DNA of 64,000 bases from an uncultured Gammaproteobacteria bacterium (GTDB taxonomy: Bacteria > Patescibacteriota > Patescibacteriia > CAZGFX01): positions 31,051 to 95,050 of the forward strand of contig CAZGFX010000003.1 of NCBI GenBank assembly GCA_964524845.1. The letters run 5' to 3'. The notes below the pieces were generated by a model, which saw only the letters and a program-made list of their open reading frames with translations, ran no database searches and had not been told where the DNA came from. Below are positions 1 through 9,545 of the stretch, piece after piece; within the stretch, counting starts at the first letter, position 1, and every line of letters starts with the position of its first letter. Both the position numbers and the translations under genes were made by a program.

Positions 1-10
1 ACTGTATCAC

Positions 11-439
11 GTGTTCATGCTTTTACTTCTTAATATTGCGGAACCGGGACAGTACATAATCGGAATACTCGGAAGTCTGCTTTACGTTACACTATCTATT
101 TTCTTCTACAAAAAAACTAGTAAAGAAAGAGTATTTTCTTTTACCGAAAAGAAGCTGGACAAAACGACCGGGAAGTTGATAAAAAAGGAACGATCTCACG
201 GGTGGATGCTTCCACTTGCAATGATTGCGAGTTTTTTACTTCTCAGTCTATTAAGGAACACGCCGGTGTTAGATATTGCAGAGATACTCTTTTATATTAC
301 GATTATTGTCTTTGTAATATATTTAAGAATTGAAAGGAAAAATAAAAAACTCCCTATAATATATTCAATAATCGAAGAAATGTATAAAAAATCGAAGAAA
401 TGTATAAAAAATTTCTTATGGAACAGTAAAGACAGCTAA
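11..439 (+). CDS. Hypothetical small membrane protein; its C-terminus is altered by a 20-bp tandem duplication
   Basis: The ORF has hydrophobic segments. A perfect 20-bp tandem repeat at 371-410 lies inside the reading frame. Confidence 0.45.
   Translation: MFMLLLLNIAEPGQYIIGILGSLLYVTLSIFFYKKTSKERVFSFTEKKLDKTTGKLIKKERSHGWMLPLAMIASFLLLSLLRNTPVLDIAEILFYITIIVFVIYLRIERKNKKLPIIYSIIEEMYKKSKKCIKNFLWNSKDS
371..410. repeat. Perfect 20-bp tandem duplication (atcgaagaaatgtataaaaa x2) inside a CDS
   Basis: Positions 371-390 and 391-410 are identical by direct reading. A 20-nt unit shifts the downstream frame. Confidence 0.9.
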
Positions 440-556
440 AACAAAAGGCTTCTAAGCCTGTTAATAAGTCAATCGCTAAAAACGATTGACTTTTTTATTA
501 CTTTATGGTAAGAATTAAGGATTTAAATAAAACAAAAAAATAAAAAAGGAGAAAAA

Positions 557-1861
557 ATGTACAATTCAATTAATGAGCTTTTGCTCTTTTCAATCAACAG
601 CGACACGTTCATTAGTTTGAGCATAATTGTCGCAATATTTATTGTCTTCATATGGTGTCTTCTTATTCTCACATCAAAAAAAGATCTTGGTCTTGAGTAT
701 GTTGTTGGGTTTATTGTTTTAATATACGGAATATTTGTTTTTTATCCGTATATGCAAAACTCAATTAAAAATTCTTTTTTGCTGTTCGATAGTCCAGCGA
801 AAAACATTGGACTCACGGCAAACGACCTGCTCGTCCCTGTGATACTTGTCGTAATATCGCTCATGATCATGACTCTTGTCAGACCAGCGATTGACAAGTT
901 TTACAGAATTTATGGACACCAGACATTTTTATGGATTTCGTTCCGAAAAAAAGTCATAGACTTGATCGTTTCTGGAAAGACCAAAAAGACAGACAAGCAA
1001 AATGAGTTTCGTTTTTGGAAGTTCTGGAAAACGTTTCAAGTGATGTTTTATACATCCTTGTCTCTTTTTTTGGTATATGGATTATTGGACGGCTGTATGA
1101 ACGGCATATGGTTAGCAACACAGATAAACAACTTGTTTTATGTCGTTGTAATGATTCTCCTTTTCAATTTATTGTATAAAATAATAGGAGGAATTTACAT
1201 GTCTGGATTTGTAAATCAACCATTCAAAAGGCTTCCAATCAGATTTCAAAAAAGAGAAGAACTGCTGGCTTTCGTATCAAACAACACGGAACAAGATACG
1301 AAAAACAGAGGAGATAATCCATTATATGTCTGGCCACTGAAGATAATAATCGCTCTTGCCTCTATTATTGTCATGTGGTTCCTATATGAAGTATGGAAGG
1401 CCGGTATAACAAGGTTTTTCGGGAACTATCAGGAATTTGTCAGACTGAGTATATATGGTATTGGTGACAGAGGAGGATTAGACTTTATTATCCACTTCCT
1501 TTGGTTCCCGTTCAAATCTGTTGCAATAATACTTTTTAGTATTATAACTTTAAACAAGTTTATAATACCTGATATGCGTATTATTTCTAACTTGAAAGAT
1601 TCTGGAATTGTTGGACCAAAATCCATTTACAATACCAGGGGTGTAATAGAATATTGCGACTTCGAACACTCTTCGAGTTCCATCCTCGCAATATTCGGGT
1701 GGATTATCGCTTCTGTTGGGATATTTTATCCCGTTGTACTCGGAATATTCATGTTTTTCATGATATTCAGAAGTTACAGCGCGATAGACTTGTATAATCT
1801 ATCTCAACCTGAGCTATCTGAGAAGAAAAAAGCATCTTCTTCGAGGCTTGCGACAACTTAG
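557..1861 (+). CDS. Hypothetical polytopic membrane protein
   Basis: 434-aa ORF with many hydrophobic helices. An AGGAG RBS lies 8 nt upstream. No recognisable catalytic motif. Confidence 0.6.
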   Translation: MYNSINELLLFSINSDTFISLSIIVAIFIVFIWCLLILTSKKDLGLEYVVGFIVLIYGIFVFYPYMQNSIKNSFLLFDSPAKNIGLTANDLLVPVILVVISLMIMTLVRPAIDKFYRIYGHQTFLWISFRKKVIDLIVSGKTKKTDKQNEFRFWKFWKTFQVMFYTSLSLFLVYGLLDGCMNGIWLATQINNLFYVVVMILLFNLLYKIIGGIYMSGFVNQPFKRLPIRFQKREELLAFVSNNTEQDTKNRGDNPLYVWPLKIIIALASIIVMWFLYEVWKAGITRFFGNYQEFVRLSIYGIGDRGGLDFIIHFLWFPFKSVAIILFSIITLNKFIIPDMRIISNLKDSGIVGPKSIYNTRGVIEYCDFEHSSSSILAIFGWIIASVGIFYPVVLGIFMFFMIFRSYSAIDLYNLSQPELSEKKKASSSRLATT

Positions 1862-1933
1862 TGCAAACAAAAACATCAAAAGCTTGGAAATATCTTCCAA
1901 GCTTTTTTATTTGTTCAATTATGTTTTTCTAAA

Positions 1934-2620
1934 TTATTTTTTGATTAAAAATGTTTTTCCACTAGGACAATATTTAAACAACTTGCACTCCAAACATCTC
2001 GGAGAGCGCGCCATACACACCCTCCTTCCATGATTCATAAACCAATGCGATATTATTCTCCAGTGTTTTTTTGGTATGATCTTCATCAAGTCCAATTCAA
2101 TTTTTACAGGATTTTTGTGTTGAGTAAGACCAAGCCGCTGAGAAAGACGTATTACATGTGTATCAACAACGATCCCGACAGGAGTACCAAACCCGTCTCC
2201 AAGAACAACGTTTGCGGTTTTTCTAGCGACTCCTCGAAGCGTAAGAAGCTCTTCCATCGTAGATGGAACCTTGTTGTCATATTCTTCAACGATGCGCGCG
2301 CACGCCTCGTGAATCGCACGAGCTTTCATATTGAAAAAATTAATCGAGGAGATATCGCGAGCTATTTTTTTCACGGGCGTGCGCGCGAAATCCCCAGGTG
2401 ATTTATATTTTTTAAAAAGTTCCTTTGTTACAATATTAACTCGAGTATCCGTACATTGAGCCGATAGTATAACCGCTATAAGCAATTGAAATACGTTTTT
2501 GTAATTAAGTGCAGTATGAGTATCCGGGTATAATCTATTTAAAATATTAATAATAGATACAATTCTTTTTTTCTTCGATTGTTTTTTATTTATAACTGAT
2601 TTATTTCTTTTTTTATTCAT
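1934..2620 (-). CDS. nth: Endonuclease III (HhH-GPD DNA glycosylase with 4Fe-4S cluster loop)
   Basis: Contains LLIAVILSAQCTD...HhH...CxxxxxxCxxCxxxxxC (CMARSPRCLECKLFKYC), typical of Nth. The start was moved to the internal Met MNKKR, because the 2677 start would overlap the upstream gene by 65 bp. Confidence 0.85.
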   Translation of the reverse strand: MNKKRNKSVINKKQSKKKRIVSIINILNRLYPDTHTALNYKNVFQLLIAVILSAQCTDTRVNIVTKELFKKYKSPGDFARTPVKKIARDISSINFFNMKARAIHEACARIVEEYDNKVPSTMEELLTLRGVARKTANVVLGDGFGTPVGIVVDTHVIRLSQRLGLTQHKNPVKIELDLMKIIPKKHWRIISHWFMNHGRRVCMARSPRCLECKLFKYCPSGKTFLIKK

Positions 2621-4109
2621 ATCTTGTCTCCGTAAATCTACGAACAAGAGCATCGGAATTATCAATCGGAAGTCCATATCTGGAAAAAACCTCGTTTACA
2701 TCATATCTATCACCTTCTTTCCAAAGCAAAACCAAAAATTCGGATGCTGATGGATTTTCAAACCACAAATCTCCAAAAGTGTTTTTAAGATATTCCGCGA
2801 GCGTTACTTCATTCATCCATGCTCGAAGATAATCTGCCGAATAAAAACCATCATCTTGATCAAATAAATAACTCTCTGCATCATATGTAAGTCCGGTATA
2901 TGCATTGAGTTTTGTCGTATAAAAATCACTATCAGAAAAATCGCCTTTCGCGAAGAAATCGAGCTCCGCCTCAAGAATACCTATATAACGTATAAACACC
3001 ATTAAATTAAAAAATGTATATCTGGAATTAATAATCCTCGCTGTTTCTTTGTTAATTGAGAATGTTTTTTCAAGCCACAATGGATCAATTGAGAGGTTTT
3101 CAAACAAAAAAGAAAAAACCTCGCTGAAAACATTCGTTCGACCAAGATTTTTTTCTGCAAAAGAAAGAGATGGGGATGCATGTGAATAATGAAGACCGTG
3201 ACCAAGTTCATGCATGAGGTCCATAACATCATCAAAACCACCCTCTGATTTTGTAAGCACACGAACATCGTGAGGAGGATTAACAGGCCAACACGAAGCG
3301 CGCGCACTCTTCCCTTCTCTAAACTCACTATCTACACGAAGTCCTGGAATTTTAGACAGATCAAAACTTTGACGTAAAAAAGCCGAGGAAATGGCAGGAA
3401 AAATTTTTTCTTTTGAAAAAAGCCCATCAAAAGAGTCTTCGTACATTATATAAAGTACGTGCGCGCGAGACAAGCCTCGAAAAGATCTTCCTGTTTTTTT
3501 ATTAGAAACGATCTCCATTTGTTCTTCGTATATTGATTTGAGCTTTTTGTAAGTTTCTCGCATATTAATACGAACATCCTCGTGAGAGTATTTTTTCATT
3601 ACATCATTGCATTCGATAATTGAATTGGTATTTGTTAAACGCAACAACTCTGGAACCTGAATTTCAAGTGTTTTTTTGTTTAATTCAGTATATTCTTTTT
3701 TATAAGGTATCAAACTATTATACAAAACTTCTCGCTCAGAAAAATCATTTGTTTTTCGAAGTAATGTTGGAACATCTTGTACGTGCAAAGTTGAATCATT
3801 GTATTCTACTACGCTATTTGCTGAAAGTTCTGATAATTTTTGCTCCATATCAGCAGTCTTTGAATCAATAATATGTCCCATGACAGCGTAATAAAGGCGT
3901 TCGCTGTTTTCTCTTTGTCTAGAATTTGAACATTCCTCAATCTCTTTTTTCAAATCAACAAGTTTTTTCTCATCGGCAATATCTTCATACTTTTTCATTA
4001 TTGATTCGTATGAGCTCTCTTTCGATATACCCGCAACAAGATCATATTCATCATTCATGATCTCTTCTTGAAGTTCTTGCAAACGCTTTTCAATTGTATC
4101 GCTTATCAT
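2613..4109 (-). CDS. M3-family zinc oligoendopeptidase (PepF-like)
   Basis: HELGHGLH (HEXXH) zinc motif, about 500 aa, overall M3 architecture. Confidence 0.75.
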   Translation of the reverse strand: MISDTIEKRLQELQEEIMNDEYDLVAGISKESSYESIMKKYEDIADEKKLVDLKKEIEECSNSRQRENSERLYYAVMGHIIDSKTADMEQKLSELSANSVVEYNDSTLHVQDVPTLLRKTNDFSEREVLYNSLIPYKKEYTELNKKTLEIQVPELLRLTNTNSIIECNDVMKKYSHEDVRINMRETYKKLKSIYEEQMEIVSNKKTGRSFRGLSRAHVLYIMYEDSFDGLFSKEKIFPAISSAFLRQSFDLSKIPGLRVDSEFREGKSARASCWPVNPPHDVRVLTKSEGGFDDVMDLMHELGHGLHYSHASPSLSFAEKNLGRTNVFSEVFSFLFENLSIDPLWLEKTFSINKETARIINSRYTFFNLMVFIRYIGILEAELDFFAKGDFSDSDFYTTKLNAYTGLTYDAESYLFDQDDGFYSADYLRAWMNEVTLAEYLKNTFGDLWFENPSASEFLVLLWKEGDRYDVNEVFSRYGLPIDNSDALVRRFTETRYE

Positions 4110-4147
4110 AATATATATGTGTATAGTGTAACAATATCATAAATTTC

Positions 4148-4181
4148 TAAAACAAAAAACCGCAAAATTTTTAATTTGCGG
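4148..4181 (-). terminator. Intrinsic terminator after tRNA-Cys
   Basis: Hairpin ccgcaaaatttttaatttgcgg followed by a T-run when read on the minus strand. Confidence 0.6.
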
Positions 4182-4267
4182 AGCGAGTGGTGACGTGACG
4201 GGGCGAGAATCCTAGAAAAAATATTAAATTATGTTGCTGTGCCATCCGTAGCGCGAAGCGCGTAGGA

Positions 4268-4343
4268 TGGAGGCATGGACGGGATTCGAACCCGTGATAG
4301 AGGTTTTGCAGACCTCGGCCTTAACCAACTTGGCTACCATGCC
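4268..4343 (-). tRNA. tRNA-Cys (GCA)
   Basis: Cloverleaf GGCATGG...CTGCAAA anticodon loop...GGTTCGAATCC...CCATGCC-T-CCA. CCA is encoded. Confidence 0.9.
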
Positions 4344-4358
4344 ATAAAAAACAAATCT

Positions 4359-4387
4359 ATTATATATAAGAAAGTGTGTAAAATCAA
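4359..4387 (-). promoter_or_regulatory. Sigma70-like promoter for tRNA-Cys (TTGATT-17-TATAAT)
   Basis: On the minus strand: TTGATT, a 17-nt spacer, TATAAT, then about 14 nt to the tRNA 5' end. Confidence 0.55.
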
Positions 4388-4408
4388 CACAAATCAATGC
4401 TTTACATA

Positions 4409-4437
4409 TTGAATATATATATTATATTCGCTATTAT
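4409..4437 (+). promoter_or_regulatory. Sigma70-like promoter for tRNA-Gly (TTGAAT-17-TATTAT), divergent from the tRNA-Cys promoter
   Basis: TTGAAT at 4409-4414, a 17-nt spacer, TATTAT at 4432-4437. The tRNA starts at 4449. Confidence 0.5.
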
Positions 4438-4448
4438 ATACACGTTAT

Positions 4449-4523
4449 GCGAGTGTCGTATAGCGGTTATTATGCCTGCCTTCCAAGCAGGCGACGGCGG
4501 TTCGACTCCGCTCACTCGCTCCA
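4449..4523 (+). tRNA. tRNA-Gly (TCC)
   Basis: GCGAGTG acceptor, CTTCCAA anticodon loop, GGTTCGACTCC T-arm, CACTCGC-T-CCA. Confidence 0.9.
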
Positions 4524-4611
4524 AAAGACCGTAAGCTTTCCTAAGCTAACGGTTTTTTGTTACAAAAACACAAAAGAACATGATATACTGAGCCCATAAT
4601 ATGTCTAAATT

Positions 4612-5793
4612 ATGACAAAGATTTTTATAAGTATTGGTATTACACTTTTTCTAACAGGATGTTTTGGAGCTGACTTTTCTCTTTTTTCTTCAATTGAAAA
4701 AGAAACACTTGCTTCTGATGTTACTAAACAGTTGGAAAACAAAACACTTACCACCACCCAAAAAACAGAAATACCAGTTGTAATAAAACGAGTTCCACTT
4801 CCGGAAGAAGTTCGCGGTATGTATTGGACAGTAACTACAGCCGGATCAACAAAACGAGCTGATCAGCTTATTTCATATATGGAAAAATACGGTTTAAATA
4901 CCGTCGTCATAGATCTAAAAGCAGATGATGGATCTCTTGGTTTTGTGCCAAACACAGACTCAATAAAAAAATATAAAGCAAAAAATACTATAATAAAAGA
5001 TCTTGATGGTTTACTATCCAAGCTTGCCGACAAAAATATTTATCGTATAGCTCGCATCGCTATCATGCGCGACAACATGTTCGCTACCAAAAATCCCGCG
5101 GTCTCGCTTCATACAAAAAACGGAAAGATTTGGTATGACAAAATAGGATCTCTCTGGCTCGATCCGGCCGCACCTGAGGTTATAGAATACGCCCGCCTCC
5201 TAGCAGAAGAAGCGTATGCTCGTGGATTTGATGAAATACAGTTTGATTATGTCAGATTCCCTTCTGACGGAAGTATTTCATCTATCGTATATCCTGTATA
5301 TAACTCCGCGACACAAACAAAAATAGGTGTGATGCAGAATTTTTTTAAAACACTCGGGGGAGGTTTGCAAGCCAAAAAAATACCCGTTTCATTCGATGTG
5401 TTTGGTATGACATTCTGGTCAACAAATGATTACGGCATCGGCCAACGCCTGATTGATGTATATCCATACACTGACTTTGTATCTCCGATGCCATACCCTT
5501 CTCACTATCCAAATGGCTTCGAAGGATACAAAAACCCAGCTCTTTATCCTTATGAAATTATAAAAAAGACTCTTGATAAAGGAGTTGAAATGATCCAAAA
5601 AGAAATTGGCGCACCTCCTGAGGAGATAAAGAAAAAAATACGACCGTGGCTTCAAGACTTTGATCTTGGCGCAGTATACACAGCGGAACGAATCGAGGCC
5701 GAAATAAAAGCATCGCGTGATGCAGGCTCGTCCGGTTGGATACTCTGGAACGCCCGTAACGTCTACGAACCCGCGAATTACACAAAAAAGTAA
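4612..5793 (+). CDS. Lipoprotein with a putative glycoside-hydrolase-like TIM-barrel domain (DUF4015-like)
   Basis: Lipobox LFLTGC. The domain assignment rests on overall similarity to GH-like family proteins and is tentative. Confidence 0.5.
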   Translation: MTKIFISIGITLFLTGCFGADFSLFSSIEKETLASDVTKQLENKTLTTTQKTEIPVVIKRVPLPEEVRGMYWTVTTAGSTKRADQLISYMEKYGLNTVVIDLKADDGSLGFVPNTDSIKKYKAKNTIIKDLDGLLSKLADKNIYRIARIAIMRDNMFATKNPAVSLHTKNGKIWYDKIGSLWLDPAAPEVIEYARLLAEEAYARGFDEIQFDYVRFPSDGSISSIVYPVYNSATQTKIGVMQNFFKTLGGGLQAKKIPVSFDVFGMTFWSTNDYGIGQRLIDVYPYTDFVSPMPYPSHYPNGFEGYKNPALYPYEIIKKTLDKGVEMIQKEIGAPPEEIKKKIRPWLQDFDLGAVYTAERIEAEIKASRDAGSSGWILWNARNVYEPANYTKK

Positions 5794-5967
5794 CAGAAAA
5801 ACACCATGTGTTTTTGATAATGTTTTTACATTATTTGGCTAATAATAGTCACGACTTTAATATTGACAAAAAGGCATAATTTGTATTATCATTACACGAT
5901 TGCTCATTGAAAGAAAATAAATAAACAAAAATTAAATTGTCTTTATAGACAAGAAAGCGAGGCTATT

Positions 5968-7371
5968 ATGTCACTGTGTCCGGATAATATCGGTGGTTCG
6001 TCTCATGAAGAAAAACTAGAAACAACCACACAGCAAGAATCATTTAATTATGAACGCGGTGTGTCACTGACAATCAATGGCGGAAAGAACGAACTTGATT
6101 CCGCGACCATCCCTATACAGTGGTGGTTTGATAAAAAGACAATAAAAAAGAAGCCGAAATACGTTCTGATTATAGAACAAAACGAAAAAGAATCTCGTTC
6201 TTCTGCCAACTGTAAAAACGGAAGAAGATATTTATGCGAAGTAACAGAAGGAGTAAAATATTTACAAATATTCTCTTCCGGATATCACAGATTAATGGTA
6301 ATTGTGTTTGATTCTTCTGTAAAACTATCAGAAATTCAACGCTTAATAGCAAAAGAAAAAAACATATATACTGATCTTTTTTATGAATATCACTTATATT
6401 TCAGAGCCGAAAACGACCATGAAGAAATAACCGGTTTAAGTTTAACTGATAACAAATACATTTCATGGGCGGTAACAGAATTTACAGTTCCAGAAGAATT
6501 GTTTGCCAAAAGACCAAGTACAAAAACGGGTGGATGGATATGGAACTGGGCAAATGAGTGGTACAAAAAGGATCCAATTGATGAATGCGCTTACAGAAAA
6601 AGGAAAATATTCGCATTCACATTAAAACCACTTTTGGTCCTCTTTTTTTCTGTGCTTAAGCTTACATGGTTCTTAATAAAAAACAGTATGTTTTGGTCGA
6701 TATACGGATTGATGTGGCTCTTGTATTTCTTCTTTGGATGCAGAATGGTTGGGCCGCAAGATTTTAAAGAATGTTTTGATGGAGGAATTCCCGGATTAAA
6801 AGAACTTCTTTATATCCAGCAGAAATATTTAGAAAAATCTGATGGTAACACTGACTGGACAAAACCCGTTAAAAAATACAAAAGCTGGAGTATTGTAAAA
6901 GACAAAAATGGAAATGAAAGAATTAGAAAAATGCCATTTTCTCCATTTGAGTTATCTGTCTTCACCGGGGTATTAATGTTCTTTATCTTTGTTCTTCCAA
7001 AAATTGATATTTCGATATCGGTAGCTGATGAGACGCTTTTGATGGCTTTGTTAATCATTATTGGAATCTCTGTCTTATTTTTTATCATTACTATGTATGT
7101 GAAAAATCTTTTCAATTTCAAAATAAACATCAAAGAATATAAGAAGGACAGGAGACTCAAAAAGGAACAAGAAAAAGAAAAAAGAATTGTTTTAGCGGTA
7201 AGTGCATATGAGAATTGGCTTGAAAAATATATGAATCGGGTACAAAAAACGGAAATCGTCGACATAAGACATCTTCCTCCTCCGCCACAAAAAACAGAAA
7301 GGATCATCCGAGCTTTTAGGGTTGCTTTTTGGGCAACTAAGGCAAAAGTATGTAAACCATACGCCAAATAA
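5968..7371 (+). CDS. Hypothetical membrane protein (about 210-aa soluble N-terminal region, then several TM helices)
   Basis: 467-aa ORF. A TTGACA-18-TATCAT promoter-like sequence and a TTGTCTttatAGACAA palindrome lie upstream. Confidence 0.55.
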   Translation: MSLCPDNIGGSSHEEKLETTTQQESFNYERGVSLTINGGKNELDSATIPIQWWFDKKTIKKKPKYVLIIEQNEKESRSSANCKNGRRYLCEVTEGVKYLQIFSSGYHRLMVIVFDSSVKLSEIQRLIAKEKNIYTDLFYEYHLYFRAENDHEEITGLSLTDNKYISWAVTEFTVPEELFAKRPSTKTGGWIWNWANEWYKKDPIDECAYRKRKIFAFTLKPLLVLFFSVLKLTWFLIKNSMFWSIYGLMWLLYFFFGCRMVGPQDFKECFDGGIPGLKELLYIQQKYLEKSDGNTDWTKPVKKYKSWSIVKDKNGNERIRKMPFSPFELSVFTGVLMFFIFVLPKIDISISVADETLLMALLIIIGISVLFFIITMYVKNLFNFKINIKEYKKDRRLKKEQEKEKRIVLAVSAYENWLEKYMNRVQKTEIVDIRHLPPPPQKTERIIRAFRVAFWATKAKVCKPYAK

Positions 7372-7494
7372 AAAACAATTTTGCAATCAAACTACACTCG
7401 TCCTATAACACAGGACGAGTTTTTTTATTTTTATTACATAAATAAGTTTCGTAAAACAAAAAAGGGTGGTAATTTACCACCCCTTTTTAATTAA

Positions 7495-8073
7495 TTAAAA
7501 CAATTTTGTTTTTTCAATTTTATCGATAAATCCCATTTTTAGCGCATTTTCAGGAGTAATTCTCTCCCTAAGCTTATCTCCACGACGCATGAGCTGTTTA
7601 ATGGTTTTAATGCTTTGTCCAGATCGATCTGAAAGAATTGAGTTTAGTCTTTTTTGTAGGTAAAGGCTTCTTGTAAAGTTAATTTCTATTTTTTTTCTAT
7701 ATTCTGGCGCTAAACGCACTTTTAATTCACTTTCAATCTCGTGAAAAAACAACCAACTACTAGGATAGAGTATTCTTGTTGTACACGCTTGCAAAATAGT
7801 AACTGCAATCGAAGCACATTGTCCGTTAACAATTCCAATTACTTGTTTCTGTGACAAACTAATAATATCATACAAAGCGAGTCCTGCATCAACTGATCCA
7901 CCACTAGAATCAATAAATAATTTAATGTCTTTGTGTTTTGTGATATTTTGCAAAATAAATAATTTTGATCTTATCGTGTCCAACAATTCCTTATTAACTT
8001 CTCCTTGTAATATAATTACACCTTTTTCGAACAAAAGATCTTCTGCCTGTTCATTTAATTTTTGCTTATCCAT
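7495..8073 (-). CDS. Divergent ClpP-family (S14) serine peptidase paralogue
   Basis: FIDSSGGSVDAGLALYDI (Ser), FFHEIE (His) and a downstream Asp align with the ClpP catalytic triad. The start was set at MDKQKL, which has a GGAG RBS. Confidence 0.65.
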   Translation of the reverse strand: MDKQKLNEQAEDLLFEKGVIILQGEVNKELLDTIRSKLFILQNITKHKDIKLFIDSSGGSVDAGLALYDIISLSQKQVIGIVNGQCASIAVTILQACTTRILYPSSWLFFHEIESELKVRLAPEYRKKIEINFTRSLYLQKRLNSILSDRSGQSIKTIKQLMRRGDKLRERITPENALKMGFIDKIEKTKLF

Positions 8074-8087
8074 TTTGTAACTCCTTG

Positions 8088-8112
8088 CCCCGCCAGAGGC
8101 GGTGTTTTTTTT
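8088..8112 (+). terminator. GC hairpin (ccccgccagaggcggtg) plus T8 run; by form a plus-strand intrinsic terminator, located in the 5' UTR of the minus-strand clpP-like gene
   Basis: Directly read stem-loop followed by tttttttt. Confidence 0.4.
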
Positions 8113-8254
8113 AATAAATGTGTATTTTAATATTCGCATTTTTATCATACTAATGTACACTAATAATATCCATAAGTCAATAGTTTAAAATGGCTTAAAC
8201 AAGAAAAAATACACCTTTTCAAAAAGATGTATTTTTTAATTTAGTTTGAGTGTT

Positions 8255-9325
8255 TTACGCTACGACAGGAGGAACTTCAGGCTCTTCTATGGATTTCTCC
8301 GTCTTAACATTTGGTTTGAATCCTTCTGTTTTTACAACTTGAGCAACGTCTTTCATAATGCGTTCAAATGCCTTCTTGTCCTCTTTCAAGAAGATTCGCA
8401 CCGCCTCTCTGCCAACACCAAGCTTCTCTTCTTTATATGTGTAACTGTTTCCTGATTTCTTGATCGTCCCATACTTCACTCCGAGATCTAAAAGATCACC
8501 TGACAATGAAATGCCTTCGTCAAACATAATATCAAACTCTGTTGTACGGAACGGTGGCGCGACTTTATTTTTAACCACTTTTACCTTCACCCTGCTTCCA
8601 ACAATGTCATCTCCTCTTTTTATCTGCGCGGCCTTTCTGATCTCTAGACGTACAGTCGCATAAAACTTGAGAGCATTTCCACCTGTGGTCGTCTCAGGAT
8701 TTCCGAAAAACACTCCTATCTTCATGCGTGTCTGATTGATAAACACTACGATCGTCTTCGTCTTATTAACTATACCGGCCAACTTACGAAGTGCTTGTGA
8801 CATAAGACGAGCCTGAAGTCCCATGTGCTGATCTCCCATCTCACCTTCGATTTCCGCCTTCGGCACAAGTGCCGCTACAGAATCAACAACGATCACATCA
8901 ACGCTATTTGAACGAACAAGCGTCTCAACGATTTCGAGAGCCTGCTCACCATTATCAGGTTGTGAGATATATAAATTATTTATATTGACTCCGATCTTCT
9001 TCGCATAATCAGGGTCAAGTGAGTTCTCCGCGTCAACATACGCCGCGAGTCCTCCTTGTCTCTGTACTTCAGAAACGATATGGAGCGCGAGTGTCGTCTT
9101 ACCGGAACTCTCCGGACCATATACCTCAATTATACGACCTCTCGGAACTCCCATAACTCCGAGCGCGAGATCAAGTGACAGACAGCCTGTCGATACAGCA
9201 TCAACACTCATCGCTTTTGCATCGCCAAGCTTCATGATCGCTCCATCACCAAAACGTTGTTTGATTTGATCCATCGCCTGCTCAGCAACGGATAATTTAG
9301 TTGAAACTTCTTCTTTTTTTACCAT
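8255..9325 (-). CDS. recA: Recombinase RecA
   Basis: [13 protein letters not shown] Walker A, and RecA signature regions throughout the 356 aa. Confidence 0.95.
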   Translation of the reverse strand: MVKKEEVSTKLSVAEQAMDQIKQRFGDGAIMKLGDAKAMSVDAVSTGCLSLDLALGVMGVPRGRIIEVYGPESSGKTTLALHIVSEVQRQGGLAAYVDAENSLDPDYAKKIGVNINNLYISQPDNGEQALEIVETLVRSNSVDVIVVDSVAALVPKAEIEGEMGDQHMGLQARLMSQALRKLAGIVNKTKTIVVFINQTRMKIGVFFGNPETTTGGNALKFYATVRLEIRKAAQIKRGDDIVGSRVKVKVVKNKVAPPFRTTEFDIMFDEGISLSGDLLDLGVKYGTIKKSGNSYTYKEEKLGVGREAVRIFLKEDKKAFERIMKDVAQVVKTEGFKPNVKTEKSIEEPEVPPVVA

Positions 9326-9485
9326 ATATATTTAGATTTTACACCACGCTTTCACGGAAAACAAACGCACGATATTTTTTTGATACAAAAAAAGACGCTC
9401 GTGTCAGTTTGATATACCATACGAAAAGAATGGTCATACCGAATTAGACTTAAGCCTCATTAATATAAGTATACACCAAAACAAA

Positions 9486-9515
9486 AAAATCAGCCAATAC
9501 AGGCTGAGTTGCAAT
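9486..9515 (-). terminator. Intrinsic terminator after the RodZ-like gene
   Basis: tcagcctgtattggctga hairpin plus a T-run on the minus strand. Confidence 0.55.
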
Positions 9516-9545
9516 GTAACAATAAGCTTTTTTAAATAAAAAGCA

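Noticed and set aside
8088-8112. Treating the hairpin+T8 as the terminator of a plus-strand gene
   Set aside because: No plus-strand gene ends upstream of it; the sequence there is antisense to the clpP-like CDS. The feature is kept only as a structural observation with low confidence.
9326-9545. LexA/SOS-box or Cheo-box upstream of recA
   Set aside because: Neither CTGT-N8-ACAG nor GAAC-N4-GTTC is present in the recA leader.
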